A stretch of 64,000 nt of DNA from Candidatus Eiseniibacteriota bacterium (GCA_036505295.1 DASXTQ010000084.1:511-64510), one strand, 5' to 3'; positions 51,302 through 60,337 are shown, numbered from the stretch's first letter. Program-made: numbers and translations. The notes: generated by a model from the sequence alone, not told the origin.

Positions 51302-51917
51302 CGGGTTGTCGCGGGCTTGAGACTGCGTCGTCGTTGCCATTGCCACCTCCGCCTCTTGTGAACCGATCATACAGGTGACCGCTCTGGTAATGTCGGTGCG
51401 CCAGGAACAGAGCCCTCTCGATGTCGCGCGCCTTGACGCCGTACCTCTTGGCGAAATCTCGAACGATCACCAAGAACTGGCACCAATTGTCGAATGTGAA
51501 GCCTACTCCGTTTGGCGCCCCCGTGACGGTTCCGACTTTGTGAAGGAGCTGCCACACGCGGATATCGATCACGCCATACCGCCGCGGGTAGAGAAGCGTG
51601 AGGATCGCCGACGCCATCGGAACCGAGACGCCTTTGAGGCTGAGCAGGGCCTGGAGTCGGCGCCGCTCACTCCGTGTGTCGAGCGCTCTCTTCGTTGCTC
51701 TCCGCACCTGCTCGGGGTTGTTCGCGCGTACGTGTCGGATGGCTCTCGGGGACTTCCAATTGCAGATCGCCAGAAGCTCCGCTCTTGTGAGATGGCCGCG
51801 GCCCCGCGCGGGTTGGAGTCGGTGAATCAAGGCCACTGTCGACTCCTCCTCGTCCGTCGACAGATGTCGCCGAATCAGTGATTCGAGGGTCGCGTACGGA
51901 AGCTTTCTGAGCGGCAT
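51219..51917 (-). CDS. hypothetical protein with a helix-hairpin-helix-like segment (LKGVSVPMASAILTLLYPRRYGVIDIRVWQLL)
   Basis: ORF with genome-like codon usage. The last ~50 aa are low-complexity and overlap the 5' end of the O-methyltransferase gene in another frame, so the true C-terminus or a frameshift is unclear. Confidence 0.35.
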   Translation of the reverse strand: MPLRKLPYATLESLIRRHLSTDEEESTVALIHRLQPARGRGHLTRAELLAICNWKSPRAIRHVRANNPEQVRRATKRALDTRSERRRLQALLSLKGVSVPMASAILTLLYPRRYGVIDIRVWQLLHKVGTVTGAPNGVGFTFDNWCQFLVIVRDFAKRYGVKARDIERALFLAHRHYQSGHLYDRFTRGGGGNGNDDAVSSPRQPDDRRQPLRHARDARGRSMPAPLPSRGR

Positions 51918-51957
51918 TTCCGGCCCTGCTAAGGGTGTCTGGGGTTCGCGCGTCGCA

Positions 51958-52344
51958 TCAGGTGGTCCTCTTCGCGTATCGATCGGCGCCCAAGAAGTGA
52001 AGCGAGACATACGGCAAGGCGCCGACAACCCAGGAATCGTGAGGGATCGGCGGGATATGAAAGAGCTCTCCAGCCTGCAATTCGATGACCTTGCCATCGT
52101 CAAACGACACCGCCGCGGTTCCGGCGAGGACCAGCCCCACGTGCTCGACCGTGCACCGCTCTGCTCCCACGCTCGGCCCGACGTGTTCGGACCACCGCCA
52201 CCCGGGCTCGTAAGACGCCCGACCGATCGTGAGACCGCCGATGTGAACCAGCTCGAAGCGGCCCTTGAGCATTTCGCGGACCTCGTCGGGCGTCTCGAAT
52301 CGCTTCAAGATGACATCGATGTTTCGCACGTCTCCCCCGGTCAT
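51958..52344 (-). CDS. cupin domain protein
   Basis: Approximately 128 aa, small beta-barrel pattern (start MTGGDVRN). Confidence 0.5.
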   Translation of the reverse strand: MTGGDVRNIDVILKRFETPDEVREMLKGRFELVHIGGLTIGRASYEPGWRWSEHVGPSVGAERCTVEHVGLVLAGTAAVSFDDGKVIELQAGELFHIPPIPHDSWVVGALPYVSLHFLGADRYAKRTT

Positions 52345-52346
52345 CG

Positions 52347-52718
52347 TCAGAACCCGGTCCGGATCGGGTGCGGCGGCGCGCCGTTCTCGAGCAGCTCCTC
52401 GACCAGCGAGCCGAGTCGCGCCGGCGCGAACTTCTTCGACCGTGGCGGCAGGTCGGAAACCGGCCACCACCTCAGCTCGGACATCAGCTCACGCTCGCCC
52501 GGGTCGGGGTTGCCCGAGGAGTCTGCCACGAACCGATCCGCGCGCACGAGGTAGAAGTATTCCCGCTCGGCCCGGACCTCGCCGGCCCAATCGTAGGTGC
52601 CTTCGCGGATCCAGATATGGGCGCCGATCGGGAGGTCGGAGCGGCCGACCTCTTCCCGGTCAGGAGAAAGGATCAGCGCGCGGACGCATTCGCGTTGCGG
52701 CTGAACAAGTCCAGCCAC
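52347..52718 (-). CDS. hypothetical protein (NUDIX-C-terminal-like)
   Basis: 123 aa. No Nudix box. Weak call. Confidence 0.3.
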   Translation of the reverse strand: MAGLVQPQRECVRALILSPDREEVGRSDLPIGAHIWIREGTYDWAGEVRAEREYFYLVRADRFVADSSGNPDPGERELMSELRWWPVSDLPPRSKKFAPARLGSLVEELLENGAPPHPIRTGF

Positions 52719-52828
52719 CTTATGTCAACTTCAACTCGCCCCGGGGCGAGTTGCTGAAGCTCGTAAGTTGTTGGTAGGGCTGACAAGCTCCTCGCACGAA
52801 GCCTCGCGGGCCCCGCGGCCGGGAGAGG

Positions 52829-53473
52829 TCATGCGCGCTTCCGGATAAACACATGGGTCGCGCGTTCGCCCGCCACACTCTTCCAGCACTCGTAGCCCAG
52901 GGCGTGCAGGTCGATGTCGTGCAGGAGATGCTCGCCGGTGCCGAGCAGGATGGGCCGGATCGCGAGATGCATCTCATCGATCAGGCCGGCGTGCAGGAAT
53001 TGCCGGATGGTTGATACGCCGCCGCCCAAACGGACGTCGCGGTCGCCCGCGGCGGCTTTCGCCTGCTCGAGGGCGACGTGGATCCCTTCGGTGACGAAGC
53101 GGAATTCGGTGCCACCCTTCATGGTGATCGGCGCCCGCGGATGATGCGTCAGCACGAACACCGGCGTGTGATAGGGAGGCTCGTCTCCCCACCAGCCCTT
53201 CCAGCTCTCATCCGGCCACGGGCCCCGAACCGGGCCGAACATGTTGCGCCCGAGGATCCAGGCGCCTAGTCCGGCCATACCCTGCTCGGCGATCCCGTTG
53301 TCGATTCCGGTCTCGCCGTTGGGTTGGCCGTGCATCGTCCGGAAAACGCGGGTGGGGAAGAACCACTCCATCAGCTCAGGGCCCCGGACGCCGAGCGGAT
53401 TCTGGAGGTCTTGGTTCGCGCCGGCACCGTAGCCGTCAATCGAGATGCCAAAGCTTTGGACGCGGAGTTTCAC
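52829..53473 (-). CDS. dihydrofolate reductase-like (RibD C-terminal domain) family protein
   Basis: 214 aa with the typical RibD_C/YwjB pattern (IDGYGAG...GGGVSTIRQFLHAGLIDEMHL). Confidence 0.7.
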   Translation of the reverse strand: MKLRVQSFGISIDGYGAGANQDLQNPLGVRGPELMEWFFPTRVFRTMHGQPNGETGIDNGIAEQGMAGLGAWILGRNMFGPVRGPWPDESWKGWWGDEPPYHTPVFVLTHHPRAPITMKGGTEFRFVTEGIHVALEQAKAAAGDRDVRLGGGVSTIRQFLHAGLIDEMHLAIRPILLGTGEHLLHDIDLHALGYECWKSVAGERATHVFIRKRA

Positions 53474-53829
53474 ATATCCTCCAAGGGCCGCACCTCAGAC
53501 TCCCCCTCGAACTCCGGCCAGTGGACCCGGTGCAGCTCCATGAATTGCCGCGCGAAGTGGATGGCTTCCTCTTTCGATTTCACCTCGACCAGCGCATAGC
53601 CGCCGATGATTTCCTTGGCCTCGGTGAACGGTCCATCCGTCACCTTCAACTTGCCGCCGCTCGAGCGAACTCGAAGCCCCTCGGCGGTCCCCTTGAGTCC
53701 GGCGGTGTCCTTGAGGACGCCGCTCTTGAATCCTTCAGTGACGAATTCCCCCATGGCGTCCAGCAGCCCTTGGGGGATGGGTTGGGAACGATAGCTTTCG
53801 GCATGTTTGATGAGCATCAGGTATTTCAT
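53470..53829 (-). CDS. YciI-like (dimeric alpha/beta barrel, DGPF) protein
   Basis: Start MKYLMLIKH... ~119 aa. The track ORF is extended upstream to 53991. Confidence 0.6.
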   Translation of the reverse strand: MKYLMLIKHAESYRSQPIPQGLLDAMGEFVTEGFKSGVLKDTAGLKGTAEGLRVRSSGGKLKVTDGPFTEAKEIIGGYALVEVKSKEEAIHFARQFMELHRVHWPEFEGESEVRPLEDM

Positions 53830-53980
53830 GATCTGGCCTCCAAGGTGCGGAAAGATGTTTGCCTTCTCGGCGTTACCGCGACGCGAGCGGCTAACCACGA
53901 AGTGTGGCGGTCCGTGGTCGCCCTCACCAGGACGACGATCGAGGAGGGCTGAAATCGACAGGGTCACCGGAAGGGTGGCT

Positions 53981-55171
53981 CTATTGACCAAGCAAAATAG
54001 TCACGCTATCGCTCTCGAGGTTACTCGCGGCCAAGTCGGGCTTGCCGTCCCTGTTCACGTCGTCGACCGCGAGTTGCCATACCCCTTTGCCCCTTGCGAC
54101 CGGCGATCGCTGCGCTGGCTTGAACCCGCCCCGCCCGTCGCCGAGTAGAACGCGCACCCCGTCGCCCGCCGCCGCGGCCACGTCGGGCTTGCCATCCCCG
54201 TTCAGGTCCGCGACGGCGACGTGCCAGGCCGCATGGCCCAGGTCGAACGGCGAGCCGGTCACCTCCGTGAAGCCGCCCTTGCCGTCACCGAGCAGGACCG
54301 TCAGCTCTCTGCGCTCGGCATGAGTCACCGCCAGGTCCGGCTTGCGGTCGCCGTTCACGTCGGCGACGGCCACGAACCACGGCAGCACGGTCCGCAGCGG
54401 GATGCGGCCACCGCGAAAGCCGCCCCGCCCGTCGCCGAACAACACCGTCAACGCGCGCGTCGACGCCTCTTGCTCGTGGGTGCGGCGGCCCGTGCTGGTA
54501 GCGATGATGTCGAGGTGGCCGTCACCGTTGAGGTCGCCCAGCGCGCCCGGATACGGGCTGGGCCCAACGGCGAATGGGGACGGCGCGCGGGTGAGGCCGC
54601 CCTTGCCGTCGCCGAAGGCGATCGACACGTCGTTGTCCTCGCTGTTGACGGTGACGAGGTCGAGCTTGCCGTCGTCGTTCAGGTCACCGGCAAGGAGCCC
54701 GTGCGTATGCGGGTGCTGGCCCTCCTTCATGATCACGGGTGATTGGGGCGCGAGGGCGAAGCCGCCCTTGCCATCCCCGAAGAGGAGCGTCACCCGGTAG
54801 CTGTCGTGGTGGGCGAGCGCCAGGTCCAGATCGCCGTCGCCGTTCAGGTCGCGCAGGACCATTTCGGTGGGACGGTCGGGCACTTGGATCGGGCTCCCAG
54901 GCGCGGCGCGAAACCGCCCATCGCCTTGGCCGAAGAGCACGGTAATGCCGCGCCCGTTCGCCACTATGAGGTCAGGTTTCCCGTCATGATTCACGTCACC
55001 GAGGGCGACGTTCCCCGGCGCGCCCGCGACGCCAATGGGCGAGTCGGGCGCGGGCGCAAACAGGGGCCGCTCGGCCCGCGGTGCGGTACAGGCACTGAGG
55101 AGAGCCGCGGCGAGCACCGTCGCGATGAGAGGCCATCGACCGCAGCGCTGTCTCGCCACTGCTAACGCCAC
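53981..55171 (-). CDS. FG-GAP/VCBS repeat beta-propeller lipoprotein
   Basis: Seven repeats of DxNxDGxxD...LLGxGxGxF. Lipobox LLSACTA. Confidence 0.7.
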   Translation of the reverse strand: MALAVARQRCGRWPLIATVLAAALLSACTAPRAERPLFAPAPDSPIGVAGAPGNVALGDVNHDGKPDLIVANGRGITVLFGQGDGRFRAAPGSPIQVPDRPTEMVLRDLNGDGDLDLALAHHDSYRVTLLFGDGKGGFALAPQSPVIMKEGQHPHTHGLLAGDLNDDGKLDLVTVNSEDNDVSIAFGDGKGGLTRAPSPFAVGPSPYPGALGDLNGDGHLDIIATSTGRRTHEQEASTRALTVLFGDGRGGFRGGRIPLRTVLPWFVAVADVNGDRKPDLAVTHAERRELTVLLGDGKGGFTEVTGSPFDLGHAAWHVAVADLNGDGKPDVAAAAGDGVRVLLGDGRGGFKPAQRSPVARGKGVWQLAVDDVNRDGKPDLAASNLESDSVTILLGQ

Positions 55172-55177
55172 AGGAAA

Positions 55178-55693
55178 CTAGCCAGGCTGACCGTCGATCA
55201 GCCGTCGTTGATCGCGAATGCTGTCAACGCGAGACAATTTCCAGCCCTCAGAAGTCCTTCTCCAGATCTCGCGCTGCGTGACCCATGTCTCCACATGGTG
55301 CACCAGACCGTCATTCCGGCGCGCGATTCGGTCGGCATGCTGGCGTACGACCGCACGCGCGAGGTCGCCGGAGACTTCGAGGCTATCGATCTCGAAGGTC
55401 AGCGAAATCCAGCGGTCGATTCCATCAAGGAGCGCGCGGGTGGATTTCTCCATCTCGGCGCGGTAGTGCAGCACGCTGTCCGGGGTCACGGCGTGAAAGT
55501 CTTCTGTTCGGAGCGCCATGATGGCGTTGAAATCCTTTGCGAGGAAGGCGCGTCGATTTTCGTCATACCGCTGCTGCAGCTCGCGCCGAACGGCGGCCGA
55601 ATCCAGTGTGCTCAGGTGCTGTGAGGGGGGCGATTTGGCAGGACCAGCGCAACCCATCGCGCAGACCATGGCCATCGCCAGGAAGAAACGCAT
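55178..55693 (-). CDS. SnoaL-like/NTF2-like (DUF4440-type) lipoprotein
   Basis: Start MRFFLAMAMVCAMGCAG at 55693. About 170 aa with an alpha+beta cone pattern. Confidence 0.45.
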   Translation of the reverse strand: MRFFLAMAMVCAMGCAGPAKSPPSQHLSTLDSAAVRRELQQRYDENRRAFLAKDFNAIMALRTEDFHAVTPDSVLHYRAEMEKSTRALLDGIDRWISLTFEIDSLEVSGDLARAVVRQHADRIARRNDGLVHHVETWVTQREIWRRTSEGWKLSRVDSIRDQRRLIDGQPG

Positions 55694-55739
55694 CGCGGGC
55701 ACTATTCTGATCACCCACCAAGAAGATAGCAAAACGTCC

Positions 55740-55768
55740 TTGACAACTGCACAAATGTGCACTATCCT
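55740..55768 (+). promoter_or_regulatory. lexA promoter (TTGACA-N17-TATCCT) with an embedded palindrome TGCACAAATGTGCA (55748-55761), candidate LexA operator
   Basis: Read directly. The perfect TGCNC-N4-GNGCA palindrome overlaps the spacer. The lexA ATG is 8 nt after the -10 element. Confidence 0.6.
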
Positions 55769-55775
55769 ATGTGTC

Positions 55776-56516
55776 ATGAGCAAGCCCAATCCGCCCAGGA
55801 CGCCGGGGGGTGCCCGGAAACGCAAGCCCAAGCGGTTTGCCGCGATCGACATGGGGGCCGATCGCGAGCAGGCGGTCCTCGACATGATCGCGGGGTCGCT
55901 TCGCGAGCAGGGCCGGCCGCCCACGATTCGTGAAATCGGGGAAGCCTTCGGGATCGCCTCGACGAACGGGGTCCGCTACTACCTGGACCGCCTCGAGCGG
56001 GCGGGGAAGATCCACCGGGACCGATGGACCTCGCGTGGGATCGAGCTCAAGGCGATCCCGGGAGGCGCCGCCGCGAGAGCATCCGTCCCCGCGGTCCGTC
56101 CCATTCCCGAACACACCACCCCACGCAACGCGATCGAAATTCCATTGCTGGGCCGCGTGGCCGCCGGCGCGCCGATTCTCGCCGAGGAAAACGTAGAGGA
56201 CGTGCTCATCGTAGACGGCGCGTTCGTGCGGCCCGGCAAGCATTTCGCTCTCCGCGTGCGTGGGGACAGCATGAAGAACGCGGGGATCCTGGATGGCGAC
56301 ATCGCGATCGTGCACCACGACGCGCCGGTCAAAAGCGGAGAGATCGCGGTCGTGGTGATCGGCGAGGAAGCGACCGTGAAGCGCTTCTTTCCGCGCCGCG
56401 ACAAGCTCCTCCTGATCCCTGAGAACGAGGACTACGAGCCGATCGAGGTGCGTCCGTCCGATCCGGAAGTGCGGGTCGCGGGCAAGGTGGTGGGGGTTTT
56501 CCGGAGGCTTGGCTGA
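55776..56516 (+). CDS. lexA: SOS repressor LexA (S24 peptidase) with a basic N-terminal extension
   Basis: wHTH, an Ala-Gly cleavage site (VAAGAP), and the Ser (GDSM) and Lys (VKRF) catalytic dyad. Confidence 0.9.
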   Translation: MSKPNPPRTPGGARKRKPKRFAAIDMGADREQAVLDMIAGSLREQGRPPTIREIGEAFGIASTNGVRYYLDRLERAGKIHRDRWTSRGIELKAIPGGAAARASVPAVRPIPEHTTPRNAIEIPLLGRVAAGAPILAEENVEDVLIVDGAFVRPGKHFALRVRGDSMKNAGILDGDIAIVHHDAPVKSGEIAVVVIGEEATVKRFFPRRDKLLLIPENEDYEPIEVRPSDPEVRVAGKVVGVFRRLG

Positions 56517-56812
56517 TGGTCCATGCGAACTCATTTCCCAAGGCAAGCGACGGTTACTTCATGATCGAGTCGATCCACGATCCCATCGAAGTCATCACGA
56601 TGTTCGGAAACGGGAAGATGCGTCCCATCCGATTCCGCTGGAAGAACAAGATCGTGAAGGTGGCCAAGGTGACGGGCGATTGGGTTCGCCACGAGGGGCA
56701 GAACAAGATCCACTACTTCGCGCTCCTGGCGGACAGCTCGGATTACTACGAGATCTGCTACAACGCGAAGGACATGACCTGGCAGCTCACCCGCGTTTGG
56801 ATGGAAGGGTGA
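56516..56812 (+). CDS. hypothetical 98-aa protein translationally coupled between lexA and dinB
   Basis: ATG overlaps the lexA stop (TGATG). Ends 6 nt before the dinB GTG. Lys/Asn/Tyr-rich and lower GC (~50% in the first 60 nt). No recognisable family. Confidence 0.55.
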   Translation: MVHANSFPKASDGYFMIESIHDPIEVITMFGNGKMRPIRFRWKNKIVKVAKVTGDWVRHEGQNKIHYFALLADSSDYYEICYNAKDMTWQLTRVWMEG

Positions 56813-56818
56813 CAGGCG

Positions 56819-58015
56819 GTGCGGGTCGTTCTGCACCTCGACATGGACTCGTTTTTCGCCTCGGTGGAGGAGAAGCTGAACCCGCGCCTCAAGGGGAAGC
56901 CGATCCTCGTGGGTGGCACCGAGCGGCGCGGTGTCGTCGCCTCGGCGAACTACGCGGCGCGCCCGTTCGGGATCCACGCCGGTATGCCCATGGCGGAGGC
57001 GAAACGGCTCTGCCCGCACGCGGTCTTCGTCGAGGGTAACCCGCAGAAGTACGTCCACACCTCGCTCCAAGTCCTCGACGTTCTGAAGAGCTTCACCCCC
57101 GCGGTCGAGCCCTTCAGCATCGATGAGGCGTTCCTCGATCTCACCCAGGTCCCGTATGCGGGGAAGCCAGGCGCGGAGGAGCGCGATCCCGCTGTGATCC
57201 TCGACTCCGCGATCCCGGTCGCCCACGCGATCCAGCGCGCGGTCCAGCGACGCGTCGGACTCACCGCCACGATCGGCATCGCGCCCAACAAATACATCGC
57301 GAAGATGGCGAGCGGCGTGCAGAAGCCGCGCGGCCTCACGGTGCTGACGCTCGAACGATACCGGGAGCGTTTCTGGGGCCGCAGCGTCCAGGAGCTGTGG
57401 GGGATTGGCGAGAAGACTAGGGAAGCGCTCGCCAAACTCGGGATCCGGACCATCGGGCAGCTCGCGAAATTCCCGCGTGAGTTTCTCACGTACCACTTCG
57501 GGTTGAACGGCGAGAACATGCAGGAGGCGGCTCTCGGTCGCGACGAGAACGCGGTCGTTCCGTACTACGAGGGGATCCCGGTAAAATCGATGGGGCACGA
57601 GATCACGCTTTCGGAGGACGTCGCCGACAAAGACGCGCTCTCAGCGCAGCTTCTTCGCCTGAGCGACATGGTCGGGCGGCGGCTCCGAGCGGACCACTAC
57701 CTGGGAAGGATCATCTCGGTGAAGATCCGCGATGCGAAATTCCGCACCACAATCCGCCAGCGCGCGCTTCCCTCGGTCATAGACGACGAGCACGAGATTT
57801 TCCACACGGCTTCGTTGCTGCTCGAGGAGCACTGGGACGGGCGGCCGTTGCGGTTGATCGGCGTGTCGGTCTCGGGGTTGGTCTCGGCCGAAGGACATTA
57901 CCAGCACAGCCTCTTCGACCAGGACGAGCATCGGCGGAAAATGCTCGAAGCGGTGGATTCTTTGCGGGATCGCTTCGGAGAGCACGCTCTCGTGAAGGCG
58001 GGAGTGCTCTGGTGA
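56819..58015 (+). CDS. dinB: DNA polymerase IV (Y-family translesion polymerase)
   Basis: GTG start. LHLDMDSFFASVE catalytic DxD, and a little-finger domain. Confidence 0.9.
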   Translation: MRVVLHLDMDSFFASVEEKLNPRLKGKPILVGGTERRGVVASANYAARPFGIHAGMPMAEAKRLCPHAVFVEGNPQKYVHTSLQVLDVLKSFTPAVEPFSIDEAFLDLTQVPYAGKPGAEERDPAVILDSAIPVAHAIQRAVQRRVGLTATIGIAPNKYIAKMASGVQKPRGLTVLTLERYRERFWGRSVQELWGIGEKTREALAKLGIRTIGQLAKFPREFLTYHFGLNGENMQEAALGRDENAVVPYYEGIPVKSMGHEITLSEDVADKDALSAQLLRLSDMVGRRLRADHYLGRIISVKIRDAKFRTTIRQRALPSVIDDEHEIFHTASLLLEEHWDGRPLRLIGVSVSGLVSAEGHYQHSLFDQDEHRRKMLEAVDSLRDRFGEHALVKAGVLW

Positions 58016-58043
58016 TGCGGGCGTCTGCGACGAGGTCCTGCCC

Positions 58044-58955
58044 ATGATCCTCCTCGGGACTTCGGGGTATTCCTACCCGGACTGGTACGGGGTGTTCTAC
58101 CCGCCGGGCCTCGAGCGCGCGAAGCAGCTCGACTTCTACGTCCGCCAGTTCAAGACGGTCGAGGTCAACTCGACGTATTACCGGATTCCGCCTCCATCGA
58201 CATTCGCAGCCATGGAACGGAAGACGCCCGCAGATTTCGAGTTCGTCGTGAAGGCGCACTCCGAGATGACCCACAAGCAGACGCGCGACCCCGAGGTGTA
58301 CGAGGCGTTCCAGGCAGCGATGGCACCCCTGCGCACGGCGCGGAAGCTGAGCGGCGTGCTCGCGCAGTTTCCCCAATCATTCCATCGGTCGGATGACCAC
58401 GAGCAGTTCCTCGTGGAGATGCAGGAGCGCCTGGAGGGCGCCCCGCTCTTCGTCGAGTTTCGGCACAACTCGTGGATGAAGGAGGACGTGTTCGAGTTCC
58501 TGGAGCGCGCGAGCCTGGGATACGTCAGCGTGGACGAGCCTTCGCTTCCCGGGCTCCTCCCGCCCGTCGCTCGCGCGACAGGGGCGCTCGCCTACGTCCG
58601 ATTTCACGGGCGGAATGCGAAAAGCTGGTACTCGGGAGATGAGGGCGGCGGCAAAGGTGCGGGGACCGGAGGCGCGGGGACCCGAGGTGCGGGGGCCCGA
58701 GACGCAGGGACCAGAGACAGCACTCCCGCGCGCCCAGCCCGCGACCGGCAGCTCCTTCGTTACGACTATCTCTACTCCGAGGCGGAGCTCAAGGAGTGGG
58801 CGGATAAGATCCGCGATCTGAATCAGAAGACTCAGAAGACCTTCGTCTTCTTCAACAATTGTCACGCAGGGCAGGCCGCGACCAGCGCCAAGCTCATGCG
58901 CACTCTTCTTGGAATGGCTGAGCCGAACGTGGCAGAACAGACAGGACTCTTGTGA
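58044..58955 (+). CDS. DUF72 (YecE/UPF0759) family protein with a Gly-rich low-complexity insertion
   Basis: N-terminal MILLGTSGYSYPDWYGVFYP, typical of DUF72. Confidence 0.75.
   Translation: MILLGTSGYSYPDWYGVFYPPGLERAKQLDFYVRQFKTVEVNSTYYRIPPPSTFAAMERKTPADFEFVVKAHSEMTHKQTRDPEVYEAFQAAMAPLRTARKLSGVLAQFPQSFHRSDDHEQFLVEMQERLEGAPLFVEFRHNSWMKEDVFEFLERASLGYVSVDEPSLPGLLPPVARATGALAYVRFHGRNAKSWYSGDEGGGKGAGTGGAGTRGAGARDAGTRDSTPARPARDRQLLRYDYLYSEAELKEWADKIRDLNQKTQKTFVFFNNCHAGQAATSAKLMRTLLGMAEPNVAEQTGLL
58657..58716. repeat. four imperfect 15-bp tandem repeats (gYgcgggRRcccgag-like) encoding a (GAGTR)n linker inside the DUF72 gene
   Basis: Read directly. Confidence 0.6.
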
Positions 58956-59137
58956 TGGTCGCTCTGCGTGCGCTGACGGTGGCCGAGCGCTCGCCTGATT
59001 ACGCCACCCCGCCCCGCCTGCTTGCGGTCACGCCATCGCCCTGGCCTTGCGAACGCCGCCCTCGGCTGTCTTTGTCTGTGCCACATACGCCGGCCCCGCC
59101 GCCTCCTCCGGCCAACCACCCCGGTACAGGTGATGCC

Positions 59138-60337
59138 ATGCCGAACTATTCATTGACCCACCTTGGTGACGCGGACCTCGTTCGTCAGCTTGCCGCGCTG
59201 GTGAATCGGGACCGCGCGACCACGGCCATGCTGCTGGCCCACATCGCCGAAGTGGACGATCGTGGGTTGTACCGGCCCCCTGGATACCCCTCCATGCACG
59301 CCTACTGCATGGGGGAGTTGCGGTTCTCAGAGGACGCCGCCTACAAGCGAATCCGTGCGGCGCGCGCGGGACGCAAATTTCCAGTGCTGTTCGCGGCGCT
59401 TGCCGACGGTCGGTTCCATCTGGCGGCCCCCTACTTGCTGGCACCTCACTTCACTCTGGAGAACGTGGACGAGCTGATACAGGCGGCCACACACCGGAGC
59501 AAATCCGACATCGAAGAGCTGATCGCCCGGCGATTCGGTGTCCCTGGATCGCCGATCAGCCTGCGTCCGTTGATCCGCGCTGTCGCGCCGATCCCTCCTC
59601 CGACGCCCAGCGCCCAGCTCATGACGGCAACCGGGAACGACGATTCGCCTGCAGGGGAGTCCCTGACGTGCGATACGCAGCTGGCGATGGCGCCAGAGCC
59701 ATCCCATCAGAAGGACTACGGACAACTGGCCCCGGGGCCAGTTGAGGGCACTCAAGTCCAATCCCTGTCTCAGAATTGCCCAGTGTTTCTCGTAAGGCTC
59801 ACGGTTCCGAAGAGCACGTGCGACAAGCTGCACTACGCCCAGTCGCTGCTCAGCCATGCGGTGCCTGCGGGGGACCTGGCCCAAGTTTTCGACCGGGCCC
59901 TGGACGCTCTGATCTCACAACTCGAGGTGCGGAAGCTTGGTGCCAGTACTCGCGACCTGCGGGGTCGTGAGGAGCACGCGCCGGCGTCTGGCGTAGGCAG
60001 GGCGTCCCGCTACATTCCCGCCGCGGTCCGACGCGCGGTCTGGGAGCGCGATCAAGGGCGCTGCACCTTCGTCAGCATCACCGGAGGCCGATGCAGGTCT
60101 CGCCGATTCCTGGAAATGGATCACGTTGTACCGGCCGCTCGAGGTGGGAAGGCGACGATGGAGAACCTCCGGCTGAGATGCAGCGCGCACAACCAGTACG
60201 AGGCGGAGCGCGCGTTCGGGGTGGATTTCATAAGACGCAAGCGCCAGGAGGCGTTCGCGACGGCCACGGCTCGCGATCTCTCCAAGGCTCCCGCCGCACC
60301 CTCCGCCGCCGAAGAGAACCGCGAGGATCCAGCATGA
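59138..60337 (+). CDS. HNH endonuclease with an N-terminal DUF222-like domain (REP13E12-type architecture)
   Basis: C-terminal HNH (CTFVSITGGRC...LEMDHVVPAARGG...CSAHNQYEAER). The N-terminal helical region resembles DUF222. Likely start is MPNYSLT at 59138. The stop overlaps the next start (ATGA). Confidence 0.7.
   Translation: MPNYSLTHLGDADLVRQLAALVNRDRATTAMLLAHIAEVDDRGLYRPPGYPSMHAYCMGELRFSEDAAYKRIRAARAGRKFPVLFAALADGRFHLAAPYLLAPHFTLENVDELIQAATHRSKSDIEELIARRFGVPGSPISLRPLIRAVAPIPPPTPSAQLMTATGNDDSPAGESLTCDTQLAMAPEPSHQKDYGQLAPGPVEGTQVQSLSQNCPVFLVRLTVPKSTCDKLHYAQSLLSHAVPAGDLAQVFDRALDALISQLEVRKLGASTRDLRGREEHAPASGVGRASRYIPAAVRRAVWERDQGRCTFVSITGGRCRSRRFLEMDHVVPAARGGKATMENLRLRCSAHNQYEAERAFGVDFIRRKRQEAFATATARDLSKAPAAPSAAEENREDPA

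Noticed and set aside
52368-52757. 129-aa plus-strand ORF antisense to the 123-aa hypothetical
   Set aside because: Arg-rich alternate-frame composition. The minus-strand ORF fits the surrounding minus-strand cluster better, though neither is strongly supported.
59138-60337. Insertion sequence or prophage boundary at the HNH endonuclease
   Set aside because: No transposase, integrase or terminal inverted repeats are visible. The gene is start/stop-coupled to its neighbours, so it was treated as part of the operon (selfish origin is still noted as an alternative).
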